Source: Thermoproteota archaeon (GTDB lineage Archaea; Korarchaeota; Korarchaeia; Korarchaeales; Korarchaeaceae). Taken from it: a DNA stretch of 64,000 bases. The stretch lies in the NCBI GenBank assembly GCA_027491415.1, contig JAOZFH010000018.1:1-64000 (forward strand), written 5' to 3'. The notes under the pieces are model-generated. The model had not been told where the DNA came from. It made no database searches and saw only the letters and a list, made by a program, of their open reading frames with translations. A program made the translations under genes and the position numbers. Below, in pieces: positions 47,842 through 56,906 of this stretch. Every line of letters begins with the position of its first letter. Positions within the stretch are counted from its first letter, which is position 1.

Positions 47842-48354
47842 TCACCCCCTCGCCAGCTCCTCGTAGAACTTCCTACTGAGCTCCTCTACCTCATCGGGAC
47901 CCTCAGCCCTTGAGTAGGCCTCAAGCCAGTCCTCATTCAGCCTGAGGAACTCTGGACCCCACTTGAACTCCGAGAGCACCCTCTCGGCCTGATCTCTGCG
48001 GCCCAAGATGAACAGAGCCGCGGCGAGGGCCTCTGCGGTTGAGAGCCTGAAGGGCCTGCCGTAGTTTATCGGATTGGCCGCAACTAGTAGCGGGAGCACC
48101 CTCCTCCTCCCTCGGGGCCACCTGACCTCGTCGATCCTGCGCCAGGAGGCGTCGACCGCCACGAGACCCCTGGATTCCGCCGATTCGCGGTCTGCAGGGC
48201 TCAGGTAAACGTGAGAGGTTGGGTCCAAGATTACAGCCCCCCGTGGGGGTCTGTGAGTCCTCACGGCAAGGCCCCGCCTAATCAGCCTGATCCCTGTGGC
48301 CTTCCTCGGGTCGTCGTGCTCGAGCCTGACTACGAACAGCCTGATTTCCCTCAC
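47842..48354 (-). CDS. tsr3: 16S rRNA aminocarboxypropyltransferase
   Basis: HDDPRKATG, LSPADR, VDASW, LPLLVAANPINYGRP..LSTAEALAAAL, FKWGPEFLRLN. Confidence 0.95.
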   Translation of the reverse strand: MREIRLFVVRLEHDDPRKATGIRLIRRGLAVRTHRPPRGAVILDPTSHVYLSPADRESAESRGLVAVDASWRRIDEVRWPRGRRRVLPLLVAANPINYGRPFRLSTAEALAAALFILGRRDQAERVLSEFKWGPEFLRLNEDWLEAYSRAEGPDEVEELSRKFYEELARG

Positions 48355-48590
48355 TTCAGCCTCTCCAGGACTATGAATGTCACGGTCTCCACTACATCCT
48401 CGTCGGACCTGATGTCCTCAAGCACCTTCGAGAGTTCGAAGGTGTTGTCGGCGACTATCCTCAGGAGGAAGTCGAATGGTCCGGTGACGTAGAGGACCTC
48501 GACCACGTTGTTGAGGGTGGGGAAGACCTCCTTGAACTTGGGAGCTTTCGGGGGCTTGACTTTCACCGCCGTGTAGGCCTCCACCGGCAT
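48351..48590 (-). CDS. Stand-alone Lrp/AsnC ligand-binding (RAM) domain protein
   Basis: VVEVLYVTGPFDFLLRI..IRS..VVETVTFIV. Confidence 0.88.
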   Translation of the reverse strand: MPVEAYTAVKVKPPKAPKFKEVFPTLNNVVEVLYVTGPFDFLLRIVADNTFELSKVLEDIRSDEDVVETVTFIVLERLK

Positions 48591-48714
48591 GGCGGGTCAG
48601 GCGGCCCCACGGCTGAATATAATAAGGTGGGCATGCTGTCCAAATCGGCGGGGGATGATGAGGCCGACTTGCCGGGCCTCCGCCGTGGCCGACGGTCGGC
48701 TTGCCGACCCCTCC

Positions 48715-49786
48715 CTACCTCCTGACGGTCGCCCTGATCTCGGTCGGGCTGGCCAGCTCATCGAGAACGATCAAGATCCCCGACTCGTCAACCCTCCTCA
48801 CGCCCGACAGTTCGGGGGACTCTACCGCGCCGATCCTCCACTCAGGTCTGACCGACAGCTCGATCGCCAGGCCCCTCACCGGCCTCTCGGCTTTGAGGTC
48901 AGCCCATAGCTCCCTTGCCATCGTAGCCCGGAGTGGCGGAGACTCCCCAGCGGCCTATCCACCAGGAGACGTAGGCCTTGAGGCCAACCCTGATGCCCGA
49001 GTCGTTCGAGCTTGTCGATAGGGCTACGAGCTTCCAGGCCCTGGTCTCAACGCTCAGCCCAGACTGGGGCGGTTCCAGTATCGGAAGGAGGCGTCCTCCA
49101 GGCATGGGGCGGAAGGGGAACGTCGTCCCTGCGCAGGGCCTGTCTCCAGTGGCTCTGAGGGACGTGACCACCCCTCTTCCGCCCGACCGGACGAACTTCA
49201 GCCAGTGAGCTCCATCGGGGGCGGGGGTCAGCCTCCTCGGGACTGGACTTACCGCCGTGAAATCTGCGCCCCTGGGGTGCGGCCAGATCCTCACGAAGGG
49301 CAGGTCCCAAGAGTGATAACAGGCCTCCAGCAGGCGCCTCAGCAGATCGGCCATGGAGTCCAGCGGGGGTATCCTCCCCCTGCACGGCCCTCCCCTGCCA
49401 GAGTAGAACTCCAGCGCGGCCCCGACGGGGTCCACACCTAGGTGGATGACCTCGCCGACCGCCGAGATGAACCCGTCCGCATCCACCCTGGCGCCGTCGG
49501 GAGTGTGCATCGGGCCGGCTACCGGGAACCTCCTGCCGAAGACCCGGATGTAGCCGGAGGAGGCGGCCTTCGGAGACTCGACGCTCCGACCCCTCGCCCC
49601 TCTCGCGCCAAGAACTACCGAGGTGACTGTGGGGTCGGGTGGATCCATGCCGGGCGGGACTATTACGACTTGGTGCTTCTCGGGGTCTGGCCGGCCCGTA
49701 AGCTGTCTCGGGACTCCAATTACGTTCAGCAGCTGCTCCAGGGCGGCCGCGCTCGTGCGGTCCGCCTCCAGCACGGCCAGCCTCAG
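48715..49786 (-). pseudogene. Hypothetical protein (degenerate polysaccharide-deacetylase-like) split by a +1 frameshift near 48913
   Basis: PFVRIWPHPRG..FTA motif; removing one G joins ..YDGK to ELWADLKAERPV.. of ORF 48715-48921. Confidence 0.5.
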
Positions 49787-50134
49787 GTGAGGACCCTAAG
49801 CGCGTGACGGCGGGAGTGGGCTTAATTGTGCGGCGCAGCGGAGTAACTACGCATGTAATACGGAGGGTATAGGAAGAAATGAGTCCATAATTTGGCACGT
49901 TCGTCTGTCAGATGCGTTGAGGGAAGCATCGGCCCCGTGGGACCACTTGGGTCCGCGAAATAGGCCCGTTTCGGCTGAAAGCTCAAACCTTCGGAGTGGA
50001 GTTATCTCGCTCGATGTAACGCGACCCCTACGAGGAAAGAGAAGGCGCTGAGGCCTTTTTCGAGCTCACAGATGACTTTTTACTTGACGCACGTGCCGCC
50101 GAACCCTGAAGAAGCTCTGTCGGGGTGGTCACGA

Positions 50135-50956
50135 TTGACGGCCAGCCCGACCGATAGGCTGATGACGGGGATCGAACCCATCGACTACACCCTTGGCGGC
50201 CTGCCCCGCGGCTACAACGTCCTGATCCTAGGGAAGCCCGGAACGGGCAAGACCCTATTCAGCATCAAGATGGCGTATCACATGGCTTCTTCAGGCGAGA
50301 GGGTAGTCTTCGTCACTATCCCCACCCCAAAGAGCATGTTCGAGGCCCAAGTGGCCTCGATGGGCATCGACCTAGCCGAGCTGGAGAGGAGGGGGGTCCT
50401 CAAGCTCATCTCGCTGGCCGACCCGAGCAACCGGGTTGAGGGGGAGAGCCTCTTCGTCTCGATGCTAGGCACGATAGAGGAGCACGATCCTTCCGTCGTG
50501 ATAGTGGACGACCCCTCCATCTTGGTCACTAGGGTGAGCGTGCCCTTCCTAGTGGGGACGATCTCAGGCGAGCTGGGCAGGGAGACAAAAGAGCTAGGGA
50601 GGCTTCTGGTGGCTGCCATGGACGAGGACATCCTCAGGATATACAGAGAGCACCACGCGTTCCTGCTTAGCAGGGCAGACATCGTTTTGAGGCTGGAGAG
50701 CGAGAAGCGGGGCGGGAGGATGGTTAGGAGGATGGTCGTCGTGAAGTCCAGGGGTATGGCCCCAACCGCCCACTGCGTCGACTTCGAGGTGGACCAGGCG
50801 GGGAGAATCCGCCTGGCTCACCCCAGCCGGCCCGGGTGCTCTGAGGGGGTGAGGAGGGGGCTCGAGTGGGAGAGGAGATCCCCCAGGGCGTCCCAGGGGA
50901 GGGTCAGAGGGGTCGGCGCTGAGGACCTGGCGCCCGGGGCCGACCAGATGGCGTGA
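50135..50956 (+). CDS. Single-domain KaiC/RAD55-family ATPase
   Basis: TGIEPID..GGLP, GKPGTGKT, VVIVDD, ADIVLRL, VVKSRG; TTG 50135 follows a GGGGTGG SD. Confidence 0.9.
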   Translation: MTASPTDRLMTGIEPIDYTLGGLPRGYNVLILGKPGTGKTLFSIKMAYHMASSGERVVFVTIPTPKSMFEAQVASMGIDLAELERRGVLKLISLADPSNRVEGESLFVSMLGTIEEHDPSVVIVDDPSILVTRVSVPFLVGTISGELGRETKELGRLLVAAMDEDILRIYREHHAFLLSRADIVLRLESEKRGGRMVRRMVVVKSRGMAPTAHCVDFEVDQAGRIRLAHPSRPGCSEGVRRGLEWERRSPRASQGRVRGVGAEDLAPGADQMA

Positions 50957-51001
50957 TGGGAATCGTTAAGGTGGTCCTAACGCGCGGCCTCGGGGTCGGC
51001 G

Positions 51002-51829
51002 TTGAGGGTCTACGTGTCGGCGGACCTCGAGGGAGTGTGGGGAGTCGTCCACGGAGAGCACACCTTTAGGGATGGGAGGGAGCACGACAGGGCCAGGAGG
51101 TGGATGACTGAAGAGGTGAACGCGGCCGTCGAGGGTGCGATCAGGGCTGGGGCGGAGGAGGTCATGGTGAACGACTCGCACGGGACCATGAGGAACGTTA
51201 TCCCGGAGGAGCTTCACCCCGAGGCCTCGCTCATCACCGGGTCGCCCAAGCCCATGGGCGTGCTGGAGGGGCTGACCGCCGAGTTCGACTGCGCATTCTT
51301 CCTAGGCTACCAGCCATGGCCGGGGAGAGGGGCGTGCTGAGCCACACCTACAGCGGGAGGACCGTCAGGCGCGTGGCGGTGGGCGGGAGAGAAGTGGGCG
51401 AGTTCGGGCTCAACGCGATGGTCGCCCACCACCTGGGCGTGCCAGTGGTCCTGGTGACGGGGGACGACGCGCTCGCGGGGGAGGCGAGAGAGGCCGCGCC
51501 GGAGGCGGTAGCAGTGGCGACGAAGAGAGCGCTCGGCAGGTACGCCGCGATGTGCCCGCCTCGAAGGAGGGTGCTGGAGGAGATAGAGGAGGCCGCGTTC
51601 CAGGCAGCGAGGGGGGGTCGCGGAGGGGCGCGTCAGGGTCAGGCCCCCGGCTGGGCCGCTGGATGTCGAGGTCGAGTTCACGGATCCCGGGATGGCCGAC
51701 GTCGCCCACCTGGTCCCGGGGTTGGTGAGAGTGAGTCCGACAACCCTGAGGTTTCGGGCGGAGGACGCGCTCGAGGCATACAGGGTCGTCAGGGCGTTCA
51801 TGTACCTCGCCATCGCCGTGGCAAGGTAG
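51002..51829 (+). pseudogene. dppA: M55 D-aminopeptidase with two compensating frameshifts
   Basis: VYVSADLEG, VNDSHG, GY(H)AMAG..LSHTY, GEFGLN, VTGDD; one base missing at about 51312 and one extra G in the G7 run 51611-51617. Confidence 0.85.
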
Positions 51830-51909
51830 GCAGAAGGAGATCCTCGTGGGGGGTGGGGGCCCTCCCGCCGTTATAACTTGCCGAAGGCGCCCCACCCCCG
51901 GTGGTCTGA

Positions 51910-52686
51910 GTGGCCGTCGACAAGAGAGAGGTCTCCAAGGGGAGGCTGCAGTATCACCTCAAGGTGAGGCCGGGCGACGTGGCCCGGTACGTCCTCCTCC
52001 CTGGCGACCCTGGTAGAGTCAGGAGGATAGCCGAGCACATGGACGAGGCTGAGGAGGTGGCCCACAACAGGGAGTTTCTGACCGTCACCGGGACCTACAA
52101 GGGGGTCAGGGTCTCCGCCACCTCCACGGGGATAGGGTGCCCTTCCGCCTCGATAGCCGTGGAGGAACTCGCGAACGTGGGGGCCGAGGTGTTCATCCGC
52201 GTAGGCACCTCCGCGGCGCTCCAGCCTCACGTGAGAATAGCCGACCTGATCATACCCAACGGGGCCGTTAGGAACGAGGGGACGTCGTACTTCTACGTGC
52301 CCGAGGGATTCCCGGCCGTGCCCAGCCTTGGGGTGCTCCTGGCCCTCAGGAGGGCGGCGGAGTCGCTGGGATACAGGCACCACGTGGGCATTATCAGCTC
52401 CGATGATGCCTTCTACGCCGAGACGCCAGAGTACCTAGAAGGGCTCAGGGAGCTCGGGGTGATCAGCCTAGACATGGAGAGTTCCGCCATATTCATCGTG
52501 AGTCACCTGCGCGGGCTGGAGGCGGGCACGGTCAACGGCGTCGTTGCGAATCTCAGCACGGGCGAGGGCGGTCTGGTCGATCAGGACGACCCCAGGCGGG
52601 CCGAGGCCATAGACAGGGCAATCAAGACCGCACTGGAGGCCGTCGTCATCCTTGAGGGGGAGAGGGAGGGGAAGAGGGGAGGGTAG
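51910..52686 (+). CDS. udp: Uridine/nucleoside phosphorylase
   Basis: QYHL, LLPGDPGRV, HNREF, STGIGCPSASIAVEEL, IRVGT, RNEGTS, SDDAFY, LDMESS. Confidence 0.92.
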   Translation: MAVDKREVSKGRLQYHLKVRPGDVARYVLLPGDPGRVRRIAEHMDEAEEVAHNREFLTVTGTYKGVRVSATSTGIGCPSASIAVEELANVGAEVFIRVGTSAALQPHVRIADLIIPNGAVRNEGTSYFYVPEGFPAVPSLGVLLALRRAAESLGYRHHVGIISSDDAFYAETPEYLEGLRELGVISLDMESSAIFIVSHLRGLEAGTVNGVVANLSTGEGGLVDQDDPRRAEAIDRAIKTALEAVVILEGEREGKRGG

Positions 52687-52690
52687 GGTT

Positions 52691-52966
52691 CTGGGGGCCC
52701 TGGAGAGGCTGAGGGAGAGCTACAGGCGGTACGGGCTGGCGCTCACCCTGGCAACGCTGGCCTGCGTCCTCGGATCCATCGGGACCGCTGTCAGCGCTCT
52801 TCGGGGGTCGAGGGCCTCGGCGATCATCTACGCGACCCTGACCGCCGCCGCCCTGGCGGCCGTCGTCAGGGCCTGGAGGAGGAGGAAGGGGGCCGGAGCC
52901 CCGCTGAAGTACCTAGAGGAGGTCTGGGAGGAGGGTGATCCTCGGCGGTCAAGCGGGCCGTCTTGA
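52691..52966 (+). CDS. Small 2-TM membrane protein (start uncertain)
   Basis: Two hydrophobic helices and a basic tail; the only canonical in-frame start lies inside udp. Confidence 0.55.
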   Translation: MGALERLRESYRRYGLALTLATLACVLGSIGTAVSALRGSRASAIIYATLTAAALAAVVRAWRRRKGAGAPLKYLEEVWEEGDPRRSSGPS

Positions 52967-52989
52967 GGATCAGGAGCCTCCAGAACTCG

Positions 52990-53147
52990 CCTCCAGGGTC
53001 TACTGCCCCGCCCTGCCGGGGAGCGCCGTCAGAGGAGATCTCTTAGAGTGCAGGAACGACGTAGATCTCTTCTTGATGATCGAGTGGCCCAGGATCACGA
53101 GGGAGAACTGGAGAGGGAGGTCAGGTCCGCCTTCGAGGGGGGAGTAG
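52990..53147 (+). pseudogene. Possible minimal nucleotidyltransferase (MNT) remnant
   Basis: PGSAVRGD..NDVDLFLMI resembles hFGSxARG..DhDh; truncated and frame-broken. Confidence 0.45.
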
Positions 53148-53206
53148 AGTCCCCCATCTGTGAAGGCCATTCTTTTATACCATGTGAAGAATTTTTCTTT
53201 CACACG

Positions 53207-53536
53207 ATGGAAGGAATAATCGACACGGTAGTCCGCACCCTCGGACTGAGGCCCAGGGCCGCGGAGATCCTCCACCTCCTGGCGAAGGAGGGCGAGCTCA
53301 CCATATCCGAGGTGGCCAGGGCGCTCAGCATCTCGCGGAGGGCCGCCCACGACTGGCTCCACCACCTCCTCTCCAGGAGGCTGATCAGGCGGCGACCGGT
53401 GGAGAGGGGTGGCAGGCTGTCCTACGCCTACTTCCTGCCGCCCCCCTCGGAGATGATCCAGGCGGCCGCGGATCACCTGAGGGAAAGGATCCGGGAGCTG
53501 GAGCGCCTGCTCGAGGGAGGTGAGCGGCTTGAGTGA
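53207..53536 (+). CDS. TrmB-like HTH regulator
   Basis: LGLRPRAAEI..LTISEVARALSISRR..LIRR..YAY; TTTTATAC upstream; overlaps the radical SAM gene. Confidence 0.85.
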   Translation: MEGIIDTVVRTLGLRPRAAEILHLLAKEGELTISEVARALSISRRAAHDWLHHLLSRRLIRRRPVERGGRLSYAYFLPPPSEMIQAAADHLRERIRELERLLEGGERLE

Positions 53537-54977
53537 CCTGGCCGGGTCCGTCGGGGCCTTCAAGAGGGTCATCGAGAGCCCGGCCTCGAGGATGCTGCTT
53601 CGGAGGCTCCTGAAGGAATGCCCTGGGACGGGAAAGACCAGACTTGAGGTGTCCCTGGAGGTCATCGCGGGGGTCAGAGACCGGGAGCGCCTACCGATGC
53701 CCTGCCGGACGGCCGCAAGGCTGACCGAGCTCGTGCTCAGGATGGGCGCCAAGGCGTTCGGGGCCGACTTCTCGGAGCTGAGGAGCAGGATGGGCGAAGA
53801 GCACTGGAGGAGGGCGCTGGTCAGCGTCATAAGGGGGCTGGAGGCCTTCGGCGTGCGCAGGCCCTTCGTGCCTGGGGCCCCCTTCCTGGTGGTCTGGGAC
53901 GTCACGTACGCCTGCAACCTCCGGTGCAGGCACTGCTACGCCAACGCGGGCGTGCCTCTGGAGGACGAGCTGACCACGCAGGAGGCGAGGAGGGTCATCG
54001 ACATCCTGCACAGGGCCGGCGTCGTGGCGATAGCCTGGTCCGGGGGAGAGCCCCTGGTGAGGCCCGACATATACGAGCTGAGCAGGTACGCCCACCAGAA
54101 GGGGTTCTACGTGGCCATGGCGACGAACGGCACGCTCATAGACGAGGAGACCGCCGACAGGCTCTGGGACTCCGGGGTGAGGTTCCTCCAGATAAGCCTC
54201 GATGGGGCCTCGCCGGAGACCCACGACGGGTTCAGGGGCGTCCCCGGCGCCTGGGAGAGGACTGTGAGGGGGATAAAGGTCGCGGTCAAGAGGGGCTTCT
54301 TCGTCAACGTGGCGACCACGGCGACGAAGCTGAACTACCGGGAGATTCCCCGGATCGTGGATCTCGTGCGGGAGCTTGGGGCCCAGTGGTTCATGGTGTA
54401 CAACTTTGTGCCCACCGGCAGGGGCGTGTTCATCGACCGGTTCGACCTCTCGCCAGAGGAGAGGGAGGAGCTGCTCAGGTGGCTCTGGGAGAAGCTGAGG
54501 GAAGGAGGAAGCCCGAAGGTGCTGACCACGGCCCCCCAGTTCGCCAGGGTGTCCCTGCAGGCGGAGGCGAGGGAGGGCAGGCGTAGCAAGCTGGTGCTGC
54601 CGACCCACTTCTACGACGCCGAGCTGGGCGGGAGGCTCAGGAGCCTGGCCGACTTCATAGGCGGTTGCGGGGCTGGCAGGTTCTACATCGGGCTCTCGCC
54701 CAACGGGGACGTGAGGCCGTGCGTGTTCTTCCCGAAGACCCTGGCCAACGTGCTCGAGCTGGAGAACGACTTCGAGGAGTGGTGGCGCACCGACGAGTTC
54801 CTGTGGAGGCTCAGGGACAAGGACTCCCTGAAGGAGCCCTGCGGGACCTGCCCGTTCAGGTACGTCTGCGGGGGGTGCAGGGCGAGGGCCTACGGCTACC
54901 TGGGAGACCCACAGGCGCCCGACCCCGGTTGCCTGCTGGTCGCGAGGGCAAGGGCGGAGAAGGTCCGCGTCGCGTGA
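53520..54977 (+). CDS. Radical SAM/SPASM protein with N-terminal extension (possibly Gms/GMGT-synthase-like)
   Basis: PFLVVW..CNLRCRHCY, SGGEP, NFVPTGR, LTTAPQFARV, FIGGCGAGR..PC, CGTC..CGGCRARAY..DPGC. Confidence 0.85.
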   Translation: MSGLSDLAGSVGAFKRVIESPASRMLLRRLLKECPGTGKTRLEVSLEVIAGVRDRERLPMPCRTAARLTELVLRMGAKAFGADFSELRSRMGEEHWRRALVSVIRGLEAFGVRRPFVPGAPFLVVWDVTYACNLRCRHCYANAGVPLEDELTTQEARRVIDILHRAGVVAIAWSGGEPLVRPDIYELSRYAHQKGFYVAMATNGTLIDEETADRLWDSGVRFLQISLDGASPETHDGFRGVPGAWERTVRGIKVAVKRGFFVNVATTATKLNYREIPRIVDLVRELGAQWFMVYNFVPTGRGVFIDRFDLSPEEREELLRWLWEKLREGGSPKVLTTAPQFARVSLQAEAREGRRSKLVLPTHFYDAELGGRLRSLADFIGGCGAGRFYIGLSPNGDVRPCVFFPKTLANVLELENDFEEWWRTDEFLWRLRDKDSLKEPCGTCPFRYVCGGCRARAYGYLGDPQAPDPGCLLVARARAEKVRVA

Positions 54978-55741
54978 GCGACCGCCGACGCAAGCTCAGC
55001 TCGACCGGCCCGCCTGGAGAGGAGCGGGAGCGCTCGGCTCGCCCCGCCCCGCCCCCTGGACCCTCCTCCAGCCTCGACTATCTCACCGTCCCTGATCCTC
55101 ACTATCCTCTCCATCCTCCTGGCCACGTCTACGTCGTGGGTCACGACCAAGAGGGTCGTGCCGAGCCTATCTTTCACATCCAGCAGGAGGCCCAGCACCT
55201 GCTCCCGCGTCTTGCTGTCCAGGGCCCCGGTGGGCTCGTCGGCGATTATCAGCTTCGGGGACTTGGCCAGCGCCATGGCGATGGCCACCCTCTGCTGCTG
55301 ACCCCCGCTCAGCTCGTGCGGCCTGTGGTTCGCGTGTCCCTCGAGGCCAACGAGTCTTAGGGTTCTGAGGGCCTCCTCCCTGTCTGTCCTGCCGAACCTC
55401 GCCTTCTGGGCCAACATGACGTTCTCCAGGGCCGTGAGCTCCGATATGAGGTTGTAGCTCTGGAAGATGAAGCTCACCCTCGACCTCCTGAACCTCGCCA
55501 GCTCGTCCTCGCTCAGGTAGACGAGGTCCACCCCGTCGACGTAGACGTGGCCGTAGGAGGGTCTGTCTAGGCCAGCAATGATGTTGAGGAGGGTCGTCTT
55601 GCCCGAGCCGCTCTTCCCCAGGATGGCGACGGACTCCCCCCTCTCGACCTCCAGGCTCACGCCCCTCAGCACGACCAGGTACCTGCTGCCGATCCTATAG
55701 GCCTTGTAGACGTCGACCAGCCTCACCATCGGCTCACTCAT
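54896..55741 (-). CDS. ABC ATP-binding protein, LolD/MacB type
   Basis: GKSGSGKTT, FIFQSYNL, LSGGQQQRVAIA, ADEPTGALD, VVTHD; 3' end overlaps the convergent radical SAM gene. Confidence 0.95.
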   Translation of the reverse strand: MSEPMVRLVDVYKAYRIGSRYLVVLRGVSLEVERGESVAILGKSGSGKTTLLNIIAGLDRPSYGHVYVDGVDLVYLSEDELARFRRSRVSFIFQSYNLISELTALENVMLAQKARFGRTDREEALRTLRLVGLEGHANHRPHELSGGQQQRVAIAMALAKSPKLIIADEPTGALDSKTREQVLGLLLDVKDRLGTTLLVVTHDVDVARRMERIVRIRDGEIVEAGGGSRGRGGASRALPLLSRRAGRAELASAVAHATRTFSALALATSRQPGSGACGSPR

Positions 55742-56906
55742 GGGACAGCGCCTCCACGACCCTCATGCTCGCCGCCCTCCTCGCGGGTGGGATGGAGGCA
55801 ATCAGGCTGACCGCGAGCGATATGGCGAGTCCAGCCACCACGGACTGCGGGCCGAACTCAAGGGGGAGCGCGTAGCCCCTGACCGACAGGGCCGAGGACA
55901 CGAACTTGGCCGCCAGCACGCCCGCGGCAACGCCGATCGGCCCCCCGACCGCCGAGTACGCCAGCCCCTCGACGATGAATATACGGAGGATCTCGCCCCT
56001 CGTGTAGCCGAGGGCCTTCAGGATGCCGATCTCCCTGACCTTCTCGTTCACGCTCATCATGACCGAGTTCGTTATGCTCAGGCCCGCAATTAGCATGGAT
56101 ATGCTCCCTATGCCCAGCAGGACCGCGTCCAGTATCCCGAGTATCGAGCCGACGTTTTGCATCACCTGGTCGGTCTCCACTATCATGAGGTCGGGGTACC
56201 TCTTGACCAGGACCTCCCTGACGGCCTCGGCCGCCTCGGGGTCGTCGACCCTCACGAAGACCAGATTCACAACGCCCTCCTGACCATAGAACTCCTGGAC
56301 GGTCTCAAGCGGCAGGTAGATCGCCTGGTCCTGGAGGAATGTCCCGGTGGAGGACAGGATCCCCACGACCCTCACTGAGAGCCCCTCCTTGTCGTAGGGC
56401 CTCTTCAGGATCTCTATTCTGTCCCCGGGCTTGGCCGACAGCATCTTGGCTGCCGTGGCCCCCAACACGGCCTCCCTGTCGCCCGTCCAGTAGGACCCCT
56501 CGATGAGGCCCGGCAGCCCCTTCTCCAGCCCGCTGAGCGGCGTGCCTATCACGAGCAGGGCGGAGTCCCCCGTCTGCCTGGTGAACCCGACCTGGGTCAG
56601 CACGGGCGTCACGAGGCTGACGCCGTAGATCTCGTCGATGCCCTCGATCTCCCCCTCTGGGATGACCCCCATCGGGGATACGGATCCCAGGCCGAGCCCA
56701 CCGGAGGACGTCCCCCCGGAGGGCATGAGGATGAAGCCCATGTTCACCAGGCCCTCTAGGTTCTCCCTCACGGCCGCCCTCATCCCGTACCCTATGGCCA
56801 GGAGAGAGACCAGGGAGGCCACTCCAATCACTATCCCCAGCGCCGTGAGCACGGTCCGCAGGTTCCGGGGGTTGAGGTCCGCTAGGACTATCCTGTAGAG
56901 CGTCAC
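55734..56906 (-). CDS. ABC permease, MacB/FtsX family
   Basis: RTVLTALGIVIGV, SVNEKVREIGILKALG, PARRAA. Confidence 0.93.
   Translation of the reverse strand: MTLYRIVLADLNPRNLRTVLTALGIVIGVASLVSLLAIGYGMRAAVRENLEGLVNMGFILMPSGGTSSGGLGLGSVSPMGVIPEGEIEGIDEIYGVSLVTPVLTQVGFTRQTGDSALLVIGTPLSGLEKGLPGLIEGSYWTGDREAVLGATAAKMLSAKPGDRIEILKRPYDKEGLSVRVVGILSSTGTFLQDQAIYLPLETVQEFYGQEGVVNLVFVRVDDPEAAEAVREVLVKRYPDLMIVETDQVMQNVGSILGILDAVLLGIGSISMLIAGLSITNSVMMSVNEKVREIGILKALGYTRGEILRIFIVEGLAYSAVGGPIGVAAGVLAAKFVSSALSVRGYALPLEFGPQSVVAGLAISLAVSLIASIPPARRAASMRVVEALSHE

Noticed and set aside
50106-50112. CTGAAGA as a hammerhead ribozyme core
   Set aside because: No correctly placed GAAA or three-stem junction
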